Source of the DNA: a virus
IMG/VR virus record: IMGVR_UViG_3300008117_006248
Location: 1-64,000 of that record
DNA length: 64,000 nucleotides
Strand: one strand, 5' to 3'
A program made the position numbers and the translations under genes. The number at the start of each line of letters is the position of its first letter. Position 1 is the first letter of the stretch. The notes beneath the pieces are model-generated. The model was not told the origin of the DNA. It was given only the letters and a program-made list of their open reading frames with translations, and did not search any database. Of the stretch, positions 26,726 through 34,834 are shown piece by piece.

Positions 26726-27030
26726 CATTCAAAGAATATTACCAAATGTATTTGACTTTGCACAAAAATAAATGGAACAGAAGACTTCATGTTCTTGGGC
26801 AATTAGTCACGATTGCTTATTTTATTGCGTGTGTTTATTTGGTGTTTTGGAAGTCTTTGTTTTTCTTACCGTTGTTTATAGCTCTTCCTTTCGTAGTGTA
26901 CCCATTTGCATGGAGCGGTCATTTTTTCATTGAGAAAAATAAGCCAGCTGCTTTTAAGAATCCTATTTGGGCTAAAGCCGCAGATTGGGTAATGTTAAAA
27001 GATATCATCCTCGGCAGAATTGAATTCTAA
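26722..27030 (+). CDS. DUF962/Mpo1-like membrane protein
   Basis: YL.LH...NRRLH..G, AWSGHFFIEKNKPAAF. Confidence 0.85.
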   Translation: MTFKEYYQMYLTLHKNKWNRRLHVLGQLVTIAYFIACVYLVFWKSLFFLPLFIALPFVVYPFAWSGHFFIEKNKPAAFKNPIWAKAADWVMLKDIILGRIEF

Positions 27031-28160
27031 TGAAAATTATTGTCACAGGCATACTTGGCCAAGATGGCGCCAATATGGTGGAGTATTTATTAAAAAATAC
27101 TACCGCTGAAATTTATGGAATGATTAGAAGAAGCTCTAATCCAAATTTTATAAATTGTTTAAATTTTATTGGAGATTCTAGATTTAAATTGGTTTATGGA
27201 GACCTTTCGGATAGCGTAAGCATAGATAATCTAGTAAGAGAAATCCAGCCAGATTATTTTATTAATTTTGCTGCTCAAAGTTTTGTAGGATGTAGTTGGA
27301 ATATTCCGCTTCAGACATTCGACACTAACGCTACAGGCGTAGTAAGATGCTTAGAAGCTATAAGAAGATTTAAGCCAAACTGCCGATTTTACTCTGCTGG
27401 ATCTAGTGAAGAATTTGGCGACGTTTCTGCTATTCCCCAAGACATAACCCACCCCATCCGCCCAAGGAGTCCATATGGTGCATCCAAAGCTGCTGCAAGA
27501 CATGCTGTTAAAGTTTACAGAGAGTCTTATAACTTATACGCTATACATGGAATTCTTTTTAATCACGAAGGAACTAAGAGAGGAGAAGAGTTTGTAACCA
27601 GAAAGATAACAAAGGGTGTTGCTAGAATATATCACGCTCTTAAAAATAATAAGACATTTAATCCGATAGAATTAGGTAATTTAGATGCTAAAAGAGACTG
27701 GTCCGACTCTGAAGATTTTGTTGATGGTGTATGGAAAATGTTAAATCAAGAAATTTATAGAAAAGAAGATTTTCAACCAGAACTTTATAGAGAAGAATCT
27801 TATAGTAAAAATTTACTTAAAAACATAAAAGATTATGTTCTTTCTAGCGACGAGACTCATTCTATTAGAGAATTTATTGAAATTGCATTTAATGAAATTG
27901 GAATTGAAGGAGTTTGGCACGGAACTGGAATTTTAGAAGAATATAGTATTTCTACAAAGTACGCCATCGCAAATGATCCATTGTCTTCTGTTTTAATTAA
28001 AGTAAATGAAAAATTTTACAGACCAGCAGAAGTCGATTTATTGATGGGAGACTCTACGCCAGCCAGAACAGAACTTAATTGGCTTCCAAAAACTGATTTC
28101 CAAGGTCTGGTGAAAAAGATGGTCGCCCACGACATATCTCTCCTTGACAAATCGGCTTGA
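27030..28160 (+). CDS. gmd: GDP-mannose 4,6-dehydratase
   Basis: TGILGQDG, AAQSFV, PRSPYGASK, LFNHE..RGEEFVTRKI, LGNLDAKRDW, RPAEVDLLMGD. Confidence 0.95.
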   Translation: MKIIVTGILGQDGANMVEYLLKNTTAEIYGMIRRSSNPNFINCLNFIGDSRFKLVYGDLSDSVSIDNLVREIQPDYFINFAAQSFVGCSWNIPLQTFDTNATGVVRCLEAIRRFKPNCRFYSAGSSEEFGDVSAIPQDITHPIRPRSPYGASKAAARHAVKVYRESYNLYAIHGILFNHEGTKRGEEFVTRKITKGVARIYHALKNNKTFNPIELGNLDAKRDWSDSEDFVDGVWKMLNQEIYRKEDFQPELYREESYSKNLLKNIKDYVLSSDETHSIREFIEIAFNEIGIEGVWHGTGILEEYSISTKYAIANDPLSSVLIKVNEKFYRPAEVDLLMGDSTPARTELNWLPKTDFQGLVKKMVAHDISLLDKSA

Positions 28161-28172
28161 TCAGGCAATACT
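28144..28172 (+). promoter_or_regulatory. Sigma70-like leaderless promoter of the replication operon
   Basis: TTGACA-N17-AATACT-N6-GTG(28179). Confidence 0.65.
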
Positions 28173-28178
28173 AGGCGG

Positions 28179-28538
28179 GTGACTGCGAAAACCAAAAAGC
28201 CCAGAAGTCTAAGCAAGCAACAACAATTAATCATAAATTTTTTATTAGAAACTAAGTCTTGTAATTGGCCTAACGAGATGCGAATCGCAAATATGCTTAT
28301 TAAAGAGCATGGCTTTGAGTGGCTCATGAGCCTTAGAGGCAGGACCAAAGTTATATCGCTTGTTTGGTTTTTGGGCGAAAACGGGAAAAATTTTCTAAGA
28401 GACATCAAAAAATATCAATCCCTTTCTTTTGAAAAGGAGAAAATAATTCTAGAAGATAAACCTGTTGCCCCAGAAGTCGAAGTAAATAAAAAACCAACCT
28501 CAGTCAAAGAGTTCTTAAATCTTTTTAACAAAAAATAA
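28179..28538 (+). CDS. Hypothetical protein
   Basis: 119-aa basic ORF heading the recA operon. Confidence 0.65.
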   Translation: MTAKTKKPRSLSKQQQLIINFLLETKSCNWPNEMRIANMLIKEHGFEWLMSLRGRTKVISLVWFLGENGKNFLRDIKKYQSLSFEKEKIILEDKPVAPEVEVNKKPTSVKEFLNLFNKK

Positions 28539-28539
28539 T

Positions 28540-29655
28540 ATGGCAAGACCCAAGAAAGAAGTGCAAGAAGTAGCAGAAGAATCAAACGCTTCAGGAAAAC
28601 TAAAGGTTCTAGATAGCATCCTAAGCCGCAACAAAGATCACCATTATGCTTTTGATAATAATATTGATTATATCGTCAGCAGCGGCAGCTTGACTCTCGA
28701 TATTGAAATGGGCGGCGGCATTCACCCCGGTATAGTACGGTCTTCTGGAATCACTGAAGGCGGCAAGACCAGCAACGCTCTTGCCTTCGCCCGTAATTTT
28801 CAAGTATTGCACCCTGAGAAAGGTTGTATTATTTATATCAAATCAGAGGGCCGTCTTAGCGAAAATATGGTCGCTAGGTCTGGTGTTGATACAGATCCAG
28901 CAAAATGGCGAGTCATTCCTACAAACGATTATGAGTTTGTGACCGACACAATGCGCGAATTGATTAAAGATAATGATGAAGGCAACATTTACTTTTTTAT
29001 AATTGATAGCCTCGACGCTTTGGTTCCCAGAAATGATCTAGCCAAGTCTGCTACTGAAGCGAACAAAACCGCTGGAGCGGCTTTGCTCACATCAGATCTG
29101 TTGCGCAAGATGGCTGCGGCCTTTTCTTCTAGAGGCCATATTTGCTTCATTATTTCTCAAGTTAGATCTTCGATCAAGATTAACCCGTACGAGAAAGGCG
29201 ACCCAAAGGTCACTAACGCAAGCGGCGGAAATGCTGCTCTGCACTACTCCGATTGGATCCTTGAATTCCAGCAGCGGTGGAATAAAGATTTTATTTATGC
29301 TAACGCTAAAGGCGATGGCAACCCTGTTGGTCATTGGTGCAAGATAGTCTTTAGAAAGACGCCTAATGAAAAGTCTGGTAGAGAGGTCCGCTATCCAATC
29401 AAATATGGACGCTCTAACGGCTCTAGTGTTTGGGTGGAATACGAAATCGTAGACCAACTTTTAGCTTGGGAATTTGCCCACGCCAAAGGAGCGTGGATTA
29501 CCATTACCGACGAGCTTATCAAAGAACTTGCTGACAATAGTCTTGAGATGCCAAAACAACATCAAGGCGAGGCCAATCTTAAAAATTTCCTTGAAGAGCA
29601 TCAAGACATTACACAGTATTTATTCAATAAATTTATAAGCGCTCTTAAAAAGTGA
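28540..29655 (+). CDS. recA: RecA/UvsX-like recombinase
   Basis: SSGSLTLD..MGGG, Walker A GITEGGKTS, IIDSLDAL, ISQVR, SGGNAALHYS. Confidence 0.9.
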   Translation: MARPKKEVQEVAEESNASGKLKVLDSILSRNKDHHYAFDNNIDYIVSSGSLTLDIEMGGGIHPGIVRSSGITEGGKTSNALAFARNFQVLHPEKGCIIYIKSEGRLSENMVARSGVDTDPAKWRVIPTNDYEFVTDTMRELIKDNDEGNIYFFIIDSLDALVPRNDLAKSATEANKTAGAALLTSDLLRKMAAAFSSRGHICFIISQVRSSIKINPYEKGDPKVTNASGGNAALHYSDWILEFQQRWNKDFIYANAKGDGNPVGHWCKIVFRKTPNEKSGREVRYPIKYGRSNGSSVWVEYEIVDQLLAWEFAHAKGAWITITDELIKELADNSLEMPKQHQGEANLKNFLEEHQDITQYLFNKFISALKK

Positions 29656-30068
29656 AGCTTTACAATGTGTACGGAAAGATAGTTAGCAAAAATGTCTCTC
29701 AATATTTGATTGACTGGGACGCTAATTCTCGATCCAAAGTACAATTCAACACAAAGCAATTCTTAAGGACTTACTGGAAAAATCATATAGTATACGAAGA
29801 GTTTCCCGTCTTTGGCTCTAGACTGAAAGTAGATATCGTCAACGCTACCCTCAGAATAGCCGTTGAAGTACACGGCAAGCAACACACTTCATATAATAAA
29901 TTTTTTCATGGTGAGTCTCGTCTAAACTATCTTAAATCTATTAAAAGAGATGTAGCTAAAGAGAAGTGGCTATCTATAAATAAGTTCCAACTTGTGGAAA
30001 TTTATGAAGACGAAGTCAAAAATCTTTCCGCTCAGTTTTTTAAGGATAAATTTAATATAATTCTTTAA
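29652..30068 (+). CDS. PD-(D/E)XK-type endonuclease (DUF559/Vsr-like)
   Basis: EEFPV...VDIV....IAVEVHGKQH, RD..K..W. Confidence 0.7.
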   Translation: MKLYNVYGKIVSKNVSQYLIDWDANSRSKVQFNTKQFLRTYWKNHIVYEEFPVFGSRLKVDIVNATLRIAVEVHGKQHTSYNKFFHGESRLNYLKSIKRDVAKEKWLSINKFQLVEIYEDEVKNLSAQFFKDKFNIIL

Positions 30069-31531
30069 TGGCCATATACTCGCTACAGGTAGAAAAATAC
30101 GTCTTGTCTGGTCTTATCAGACATCCAGCTTCTTTCGCTGACATAGAAAGCTTTATTAATGAAAGTGATTTTATTAATGATGTGCATTACACCATCTTCT
30201 GCGTCTTCAAGGAAACGTTTAACAAAGGCGAGCAGATTGACAAGATCTTGATTTCTCAAAAATGCAAGAATCTTGGGATTACATTTAAGGATCAATCTAT
30301 TGATATCTTTAGTTATGTTAACAGCATCTGTTTGATACCAACCTCTCAGGCTGGTCTTATTGAAGGCGCTAAAGAGTTGCTTAAACTGCGCGTCAGGCGA
30401 GAAATCGAGCAGACCGGGGACGAGATCAAAAAGTTTGCTAATTCTTGCGCCGAAAAGCCAATTGAAGAAATCATTACAGAATCTGATAAGATTTACAATA
30501 GCAAAATTTGCACCTACGCCTCTGAAAATAATAAACCAGAAGACATAACTAATAATGTCATTGAAATTATTGAAGAGCGCGGCAACAACCCCATCGAAGA
30601 CACAGGCCTAACAAGCCCTTACGCGAACTTTAATCGCCTCTATGGCGGAATTCGACCCGGCAATCTGTATGCTTGGGTAAGCAGGCCAAAGCATGGCAAG
30701 TCAACGATCCTAAATGATCTCGCCATCAAAATTACTTCAATTAACAAAGGATGCAAGGCGCTGGTTCTTGATACAGAAATGTCTACCATAGATATGAAGT
30801 TTAGAATAGCTTCATCTTTGACTGGAATTCCAGTATGGTATCTTGAAACTGGAAACTGGAAAAAGAACAATAATCTATATCAAAAGTTTGAGCAAAGTAA
30901 GGATAAAATTCGTGCTCTTAATAATCAAGTCGATCATTTACAAGTCGCAGGCAAACCAATTGAAGAGGTTGTTTCTATTGTCAAGCGCTGGTATTTCTCG
31001 AAGGTAGGTCGTGGCAATCAATGTGTTGTTGTTTACGATTATATTAAATTAACCGGAGAATCAGATAAGAATAAACAAGAATATCAGCTAATCGGCGAAA
31101 AAGTCAATGCCTTAAAGGAGCTTTGCTCTGAGCTTAATATTCCCATTCTTACTGCTTGCCAATTAAATCGTAGCGCAGAAAGCGGCGTTGATGATAGCAG
31201 CGCGATCTCTCAGTCTGATCGGTTGCAATGGTTCGCTTCATTTGTAGCTATTTTTAGACGCAAAAGTGTTGAAGAAATAGCTGACGACGGCCCAGAATTT
31301 GGTTCTCATAAGCTCATACCGCTTGCCACCCGCTTTCAAGGAAAAGATTCTGCTGGCCATCACGACTTAGTCAGAATCCAAGAAGGCAAAAAAGTTAAAT
31401 ATATGCCTAACTATATAAGCTTTAACATTAATAATTTTAATGTTCAAGAGACTGGAACGCTTGAGGATATTCTGTCTGCGAGAGCGTTGAAACCTGAGCT
31501 TGATGATTCTGGCGATGGCGAAGTTCTATGA
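30068..31531 (+). CDS. dnaB: Replicative DNA helicase
   Basis: SRPKHGKS Walker A, LDTEM, VYDYIK, ACQLNR, SDRLQW; no intein. Confidence 0.92.
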   Translation: MAIYSLQVEKYVLSGLIRHPASFADIESFINESDFINDVHYTIFCVFKETFNKGEQIDKILISQKCKNLGITFKDQSIDIFSYVNSICLIPTSQAGLIEGAKELLKLRVRREIEQTGDEIKKFANSCAEKPIEEIITESDKIYNSKICTYASENNKPEDITNNVIEIIEERGNNPIEDTGLTSPYANFNRLYGGIRPGNLYAWVSRPKHGKSTILNDLAIKITSINKGCKALVLDTEMSTIDMKFRIASSLTGIPVWYLETGNWKKNNNLYQKFEQSKDKIRALNNQVDHLQVAGKPIEEVVSIVKRWYFSKVGRGNQCVVVYDYIKLTGESDKNKQEYQLIGEKVNALKELCSELNIPILTACQLNRSAESGVDDSSAISQSDRLQWFASFVAIFRRKSVEEIADDGPEFGSHKLIPLATRFQGKDSAGHHDLVRIQEGKKVKYMPNYISFNINNFNVQETGTLEDILSARALKPELDDSGDGEVL

Positions 31532-32463
31532 ATGACTGCGAATCTGTAAGAAAAATACTTACTGACATAGGATATGTTTTAACTGATCATGGCCGAGAAT
31601 ATCGGACAAGACCTCTTTATAGAGATTCCGGTAACGATAATGTTCTTAGAATTTGGAAGAATTCTGGCCAATGGGTGGACTTCAAAGAAAACATTAGCGG
31701 TTCTATTGAAGATTTAGTAAAACTTACCCTAAAACTTAAAACGATTGACGATGCTAAAAAGTGGATTTCTGAGAAAGGGATAGACACATCTTATTCTGAA
31801 GACCACCAGCAAAGAGTCACCACCACCCAAACTACTGTTTTCGATAAATCTTTATTAATAAAGCTCTCAAGAGACGATTCTTATTGGGAAGGAAGAGGTA
31901 TTTCAACTCAAACCTTGCAACCGTTCCAAGGAGGCGTTGCTTCTACAGGCAAGATGTTTAATAGATATGTTTTTCCCATCTTTAACTGCAAAGATGAGAT
32001 AGTCGGATTCGCTGGGAGAGATGTTTCTAAAACAAGTCTAGAAGGACGACCTAAGTGGAAGCTTATTGGAGATAAAAAAGAGTGGGCCTTCCCGCTAAAG
32101 GTTAATGCTAAAGACATCAAGTCTTCTAAAATAATTATCTTAGTAGAAAGCATAGGCGATATGCTGGCGCTTAGAGAAAATGGAATTAATAATTCTATTG
32201 TTTCTTTTGGTTTAAACCTTTCTCCTAAAATTATTTACTCTTTGATTGGCTATAATCCTAAAAAAATTATCATTGCTTTCAACGACGACTCTTTTAATAA
32301 TGCTGCCGGAAATCTGGCGGCAGAATCAGCGCAGCAAAGGCTTTTAAATTACTTTGATCCAAGTCAAGTGCAAATCAAGCTTCCTTTCGGAGCAAAAGAT
32401 TTTGGAGAAATGCATTTAAAAGATAGATCTTTAGTTTTTAACTGGTATAATTCTATCCAATGA
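31528..32463 (+). CDS. dnaG: DNA primase (DnaG-like, TOPRIM)
   Basis: RYVFPI...IVGFAGR, PKW, LVESIGD, AFNDD, KDFGEM; N-terminus lacks Zn-binding Cys. Confidence 0.8.
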   Translation: MNDCESVRKILTDIGYVLTDHGREYRTRPLYRDSGNDNVLRIWKNSGQWVDFKENISGSIEDLVKLTLKLKTIDDAKKWISEKGIDTSYSEDHQQRVTTTQTTVFDKSLLIKLSRDDSYWEGRGISTQTLQPFQGGVASTGKMFNRYVFPIFNCKDEIVGFAGRDVSKTSLEGRPKWKLIGDKKEWAFPLKVNAKDIKSSKIIILVESIGDMLALRENGINNSIVSFGLNLSPKIIYSLIGYNPKKIIIAFNDDSFNNAAGNLAAESAQQRLLNYFDPSQVQIKLPFGAKDFGEMHLKDRSLVFNWYNSIQ

Positions 32464-33407
32464 GCAACGTAGAAAAAGTAAAGCTAAGCGCTAGTAAAAT
32501 CAAAACTGCCGAAGGTTGCAGTTGGCTTTACTATACTAAATATATCCTTAAGCTGCCAGATACATCAAACTCTGGCGCATCTAGAGGAACAATCTGCCAT
32601 TTAATTTTTGAGCTTCTCTTAACTGACAGACACAAGAAATATTTTGAAGATCTATGCTCTGGTAAAGCTGGCGTGATTAAAAACCCAGCTATTCATAGAC
32701 TTATTCTAAAACACGCTAAAAAACTAAAAGTAGATGATGAAGAAAATCTAGATCTGATTTATAACATGATTCAGACTGGTCTTCAAAGCGACTTTTTTTG
32801 CAACGGAGCGTTACTTGTAGAAGCAGAGTCTGAGTTCAAGCTAGAAGAAGAAGACTACATCATCAATGGCTTCATCGACAAGCTCGCAAAATTCAGCGAC
32901 ACAGAATATAAAATATACGACTACAAATCAAGCAAGGGAAAATTCTCTAAAGAAGAAATTGACTTCAATCTTCAAAACTTGATGTATTCTTTAGCTGTAT
33001 TTAAAACTAAGGGGCACATTCCTGACGTATCTTTTATATTTCTTAAGTTTAAAAAGCAACCGATTCAAGAAGCCCCGAAACCAACCGCAGAACAGCTAGA
33101 AGGTTTTAAGGCCTATCTAAGTTATGTAGCTGGTTATATTTCTTCTTTTGATGAAAAGAAAGCTATCGAAAATCTTGCTGCAAGCTCGCCAAAGAAAAAA
33201 TGGATGTGTGGAAGCGATGTCCCCGGCAAGTGGATTTGCCCGTCGAGATCTCCAGTTACTTATTACGTTGGGGTTGACGAGAATGATAAATTTATAAAGT
33301 CTTCATTTAAAAAAGAAGATCTAATTAATGATGCAAAGGTAAAGTTAATAAACAAAAAAGACTACAAAGGCTGCCCCTTCTGGCGCAAGGATGACCCAAC
33401 TTTCTGA
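32460..33407 (+). CDS. PD-(D/E)XK exonuclease, Cas4/AddB-like with probable Fe-S cysteines
   Basis: LSASKI...C, RGTICH, GFIDKL, IYDYKS, QNLMY, three C-terminal Cys (WMC, WICP, GCPFW). Confidence 0.8.
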   Translation: MSNVEKVKLSASKIKTAEGCSWLYYTKYILKLPDTSNSGASRGTICHLIFELLLTDRHKKYFEDLCSGKAGVIKNPAIHRLILKHAKKLKVDDEENLDLIYNMIQTGLQSDFFCNGALLVEAESEFKLEEEDYIINGFIDKLAKFSDTEYKIYDYKSSKGKFSKEEIDFNLQNLMYSLAVFKTKGHIPDVSFIFLKFKKQPIQEAPKPTAEQLEGFKAYLSYVAGYISSFDEKKAIENLAASSPKKKWMCGSDVPGKWICPSRSPVTYYVGVDENDKFIKSSFKKEDLINDAKVKLINKKDYKGCPFWRKDDPTF

Positions 33408-33436
33408 TTGACTCTCTCCGAAAACCACGCCATAAT
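33408..33436 (+). promoter_or_regulatory. Sigma70-like leaderless promoter of the polymerase operon
   Basis: TTGACT-N17-CATAAT-N5-ATG(33442). Confidence 0.8.
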
Positions 33437-33441
33437 CCATC

Positions 33442-34206
33442 ATGTACTCGGCTGTCCCTTTATTTAAGTCTCACTATAGTCTTGGCAAATCTGTTCTAAC
33501 TCTTGCGAAAGCCGGATCAAGCGAGCCTGATGAACCGAGTTCTGTAATAGACATTGCTAAAAAACTAAATCTTAGTAAAATATATTTAGTAGATGATTCT
33601 ATTTCTGGCTTCCTTGAAGCTTGCAAATCTTGTGAAGACGCCAAATTAGATTTTACTTTTGGCCTTCGCTTGACTGTCTGCGACGACATCAATAATAAAA
33701 CAGCTGAATCCAGAGAGAAAGAGCACAAGATAATAGTCTTCATTAAAAAATCAGAAGGCTATCAGAATCTTATTAAGATATCTACCGTAGCAAGCACTAA
33801 TGGATTTTACTATTATCCGAGAATAGACTGTAAAACTTTAAGAGAGCTTTGGAATAATGAGAATCTTTTGCTTTGCATTCCATTCTACGACTCTTATGTT
33901 TACAAAAACAATTTGACTTACAGCATTTGCGCCCCTGACTTCAGCTTTTGCAATCCAACCTATTTTATTGAAGATAATAATCTTCCGTTTGATGGTATAT
34001 TAAAGAAGAAAGTAGAGGAAATAGTTCCTGATAAAAATCTTGTAGTCAAAGCTCAGTCTATTTATTACGAAAACAAAGAAGATTTCTTGGCATACCTTAC
34101 TTTTAGGTGCATCTCAGAAAGAACAACTTTGAGCAAACCCAACTTAGAGCACTGCTCTTCAAACGAATTCTGCGCCGAGTCATTCAAGGAAAAATATGGA
34201 AAATGA
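33442..34206 (+). CDS. Stand-alone PHP domain of DNA polymerase III alpha (degenerate metal site)
   Basis: FKSHYSLGKS, GYQNLIKIST, GFYYYPRID typical of the DnaE N-terminal PHP domain. Confidence 0.85.
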   Translation: MYSAVPLFKSHYSLGKSVLTLAKAGSSEPDEPSSVIDIAKKLNLSKIYLVDDSISGFLEACKSCEDAKLDFTFGLRLTVCDDINNKTAESREKEHKIIVFIKKSEGYQNLIKISTVASTNGFYYYPRIDCKTLRELWNNENLLLCIPFYDSYVYKNNLTYSICAPDFSFCNPTYFIEDNNLPFDGILKKKVEEIVPDKNLVVKAQSIYYENKEDFLAYLTFRCISERTTLSKPNLEHCSSNEFCAESFKEKYGK

Positions 34207-34834
34207 ACTACTGAGATTTGATAAGTCTAAAAAGCTTGTCTTTATTGATTGCGAGACTTTGAATCTCTGCCTTAACTTCTGCCAAAATCTTCCTTGGCAG
34301 ATTGCGATGCTGCATACTGTTGGCGGCAAAAAGGTTGACGAAAGAGATTTCTTGATCAAATGGGAAACCAACCTTAAGATATCAGACGATGCAAGACGAA
34401 TCACAAGATATCCGGAACAACTTATCCAAACAACTGGCAAGAAATTTGACGATATCTTTGATACTGTTAGGGATTGGCTTGACTCTGCTGACTATATTGT
34501 CGGTCACAATATTCTTGGCTTCGATCTATATCTCATAAAGGAGATGTACCTGTTGAAAGGATTAAGGTCGAATCATTTAGTTGACAAAATTTTAGACACC
34601 AACTGCTTAGCTAAAGGAATTAAGTACGGGATTCCAAAACTCCAAAAGGAATCCCTTGTAGAATATCAATATAAATTACTGCACACTTATAAAAAAGGAA
34701 TCAAGACAAATCTAACAGCACTTGGTAAAGACTATAATATCGATCATGATTATGATAATCTCCACAACGCTATAATAGATTTGGAGCTTAACTTAAAAGT
34801 CTGGAACAAAATTAAATTTCAAGTCGAAATATGA
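34196..34834 (+). CDS. DEDDh 3'-5' exonuclease (DnaQ/epsilon-like)
   Basis: FIDCET, VGHNILGFD, LDT, LHNAIID. Confidence 0.88.
   Translation: MENELLRFDKSKKLVFIDCETLNLCLNFCQNLPWQIAMLHTVGGKKVDERDFLIKWETNLKISDDARRITRYPEQLIQTTGKKFDDIFDTVRDWLDSADYIVGHNILGFDLYLIKEMYLLKGLRSNHLVDKILDTNCLAKGIKYGIPKLQKESLVEYQYKLLHTYKKGIKTNLTALGKDYNIDHDYDNLHNAIIDLELNLKVWNKIKFQVEI

Noticed and set aside
32460-33407. Cas4-like nuclease as a sign of a CRISPR-Cas system
   Set aside because: No array or other cas genes; such nucleases are common in phage replication modules.
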